Shown: in pieces, positions 62,476 to 64,000 of the stretch
How the letters are laid out: each line of letters begins with the position of its first letter
How positions within the stretch are numbered: position 1 is the first letter of the stretch
Origin: Macrostomum lignano
Taxonomy: Eukaryota
Assembly (NCBI GenBank): GCA_002269645.1
Contig: NIVC01001009.1
Location: 277,402 to 341,401 of the forward strand
Direction: 5' to 3'
Length of the DNA stretch: 64,000 nt
The notes under the pieces: model-generated
The model's input: only the letters and a program-made list of their open reading frames with translations
Database searches by the model: none
Told to the model about the DNA's origin: nothing
Translations under genes and position numbers: made by a program

Positions 62476-64000
62476 GGTTTGTTGCCGCGGTGTTGAACAC
62501 TTCGGAACCAGGTTGATTGAAAGTAGCTGGGCTCTGTTTTTTAGCTACAAAAGGACAGGCAACAACGGGGGTATTTCACACCAGTGTTAAAAAAATAGTG
62601 TTGAGAAATAACACTACAAAGGAGTTGTGTAACGGCAACAGAACAATGATCTTTTACAACGGAACAGTGATATTTCAACAACAAAACAATGATCTTTTAC
62701 AACGGAACAACAATATTTCGACAACAAAACTTTTACAACAGCAATGTTTCACAACAGCAGAACAAGAGCGTTTAACAATAAGAATGTTTAACAGGAACAG
62801 TACACTGATGGTTCACAAAAACAATAGATCAAGGGTTGATTAGCGTCAGGTAAGCATGAACAAGAATTTATTTGTGTTTATCAACAACAAATCAATGGCG
62901 TTGCACACAAACAGAGGGAGAGTGTGTTTAACAATGGGTTGAATAGGAAAATATTTGAAGCATAAATGTGGTCTTAGTTACTTTTCTATTGGGCTAATAA
63001 ATAAATAAGTATGAAGTGTATTGCAACCATGCTTAAATTTAGTCACATCATAGGGGGCTTGTCTCTTATTGTCTCTTTTGCGTACATAGTTTGGTCTATT
63101 AATAAATTTAATTTAACCTCTCCTATACCTACTACTGCGAATGTTAGTAGCCTATGCGGTACATAGTTTATTTTGTTATAATTTTACACTGATTTTTCTG
63201 TCTTCTACTACCAGTAATATATATTTTTGTACTTTTTTCTGTAACTATCTATCCAATGCTTTTAATGTAAAAATATAACGGTCACTGTAACTGTTCTTTT
63301 TCGCTAGCGTTAGGCATGTTTTTCCGTTTATTATCTGGATAAAATTTATTCGACGCAAGCGTGCCAATTACGCCAATTGAAATAAAAAAGTTAATAAATC
63401 ACTTTAATTTATGTATAATTTTTGTTAATTTTAGCGCTTTTGCTTTTACAACTCAATACCAAAATTCATCCGATTTTTCCTACGCTACTTGGCTTTAATG
63501 GGTAACTTAATTTAAACTTTGTTTCGTAAATTTATTGACCTAATTTTTATGTATAATAAATGCAGTTCAATGTTGTACGTGTTTAACTAATTATGCTAAT
63601 TAGGCACTGATTTGTGGGTATCATTATATTTTTTATAAAAACATATTTCATATTTTTATCAGGCATTGGGCTAGGATGTGCTCGCAAAAGGCATGTAAAC
63701 TATTTTGTTTTGCTAATATTTGTTTCTGTATTTATTTACTATGTACACTGCATTTTCGCTATTGTAGTATAACTGCTTCTGTGTGTATTTTCCTATCCTA
63801 TCAGCTGACCTTCTCGAAACTCAAGGACTCATTTTAAAGTGGTCTAAAAATTGACAGTCCTATTATTGTTTGCTAAAGTGGACTCTTTCACTCAAGCTGA
63901 ACTTTTTATTTGTTCAAACCATCTTTTGTGTCAACTCGGCCACATGCCGTTACGGACTTTTTGCTAAATAAAATTGTTTCGTATAGAAAATGTCAAACTC

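Noticed and set aside
63000-64000. Possible NUMT or pogo-type transposase remnant
   Set aside because: AT-rich with only one weak LDRxL..ILLVV resemblance and frequent stops; not supportable without a database search.

Overview
Eukaryotic (animal) genomic DNA. GC-rich exons, GT-AG introns filled with simple repeats and the style of the retroelement remnants suggest a flatworm such as Macrostomum; that assignment is inference and was not verified. I reconstructed six protein-coding genes by hand with phase-consistent splice junctions: a quiver/sleepless-type Ly6 GPI-anchored protein (-, 3 exons), an SLC35F3/F4-like transporter (-, 7 exons), an intronless TMEM86/YhhN lysoplasmalogenase (+), CCDC191 (-, 5 exons), death-associated protein DAP (-, 2 exons, 7.6-kb intron) and an equilibrative nucleoside transporter (SLC29/ENT, +, 3 exons). 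Most long ORFs in the supplied track are artefacts of micro/minisatellites. The rest of the window is about 30 tandem arrays plus transposon debris. The most structured object is a nested 3.6-kb element (27-bp perfect TIRs, 8-bp direct flanking repeat) about 310 bp upstream of the DAP ATG; it contains a LINE remnant split by a MITE, a second MITE, a perfect hairpin and a 197-bp tandem array. Also notable: strongly CpG-depleted retroelement remnants in the DAP intron, and a private minisatellite in every intron of 300 nt or more. I see no CRISPR array, rRNA, complete tRNA or prokaryote-type system, and I do not claim a clearly novel multi-gene system.
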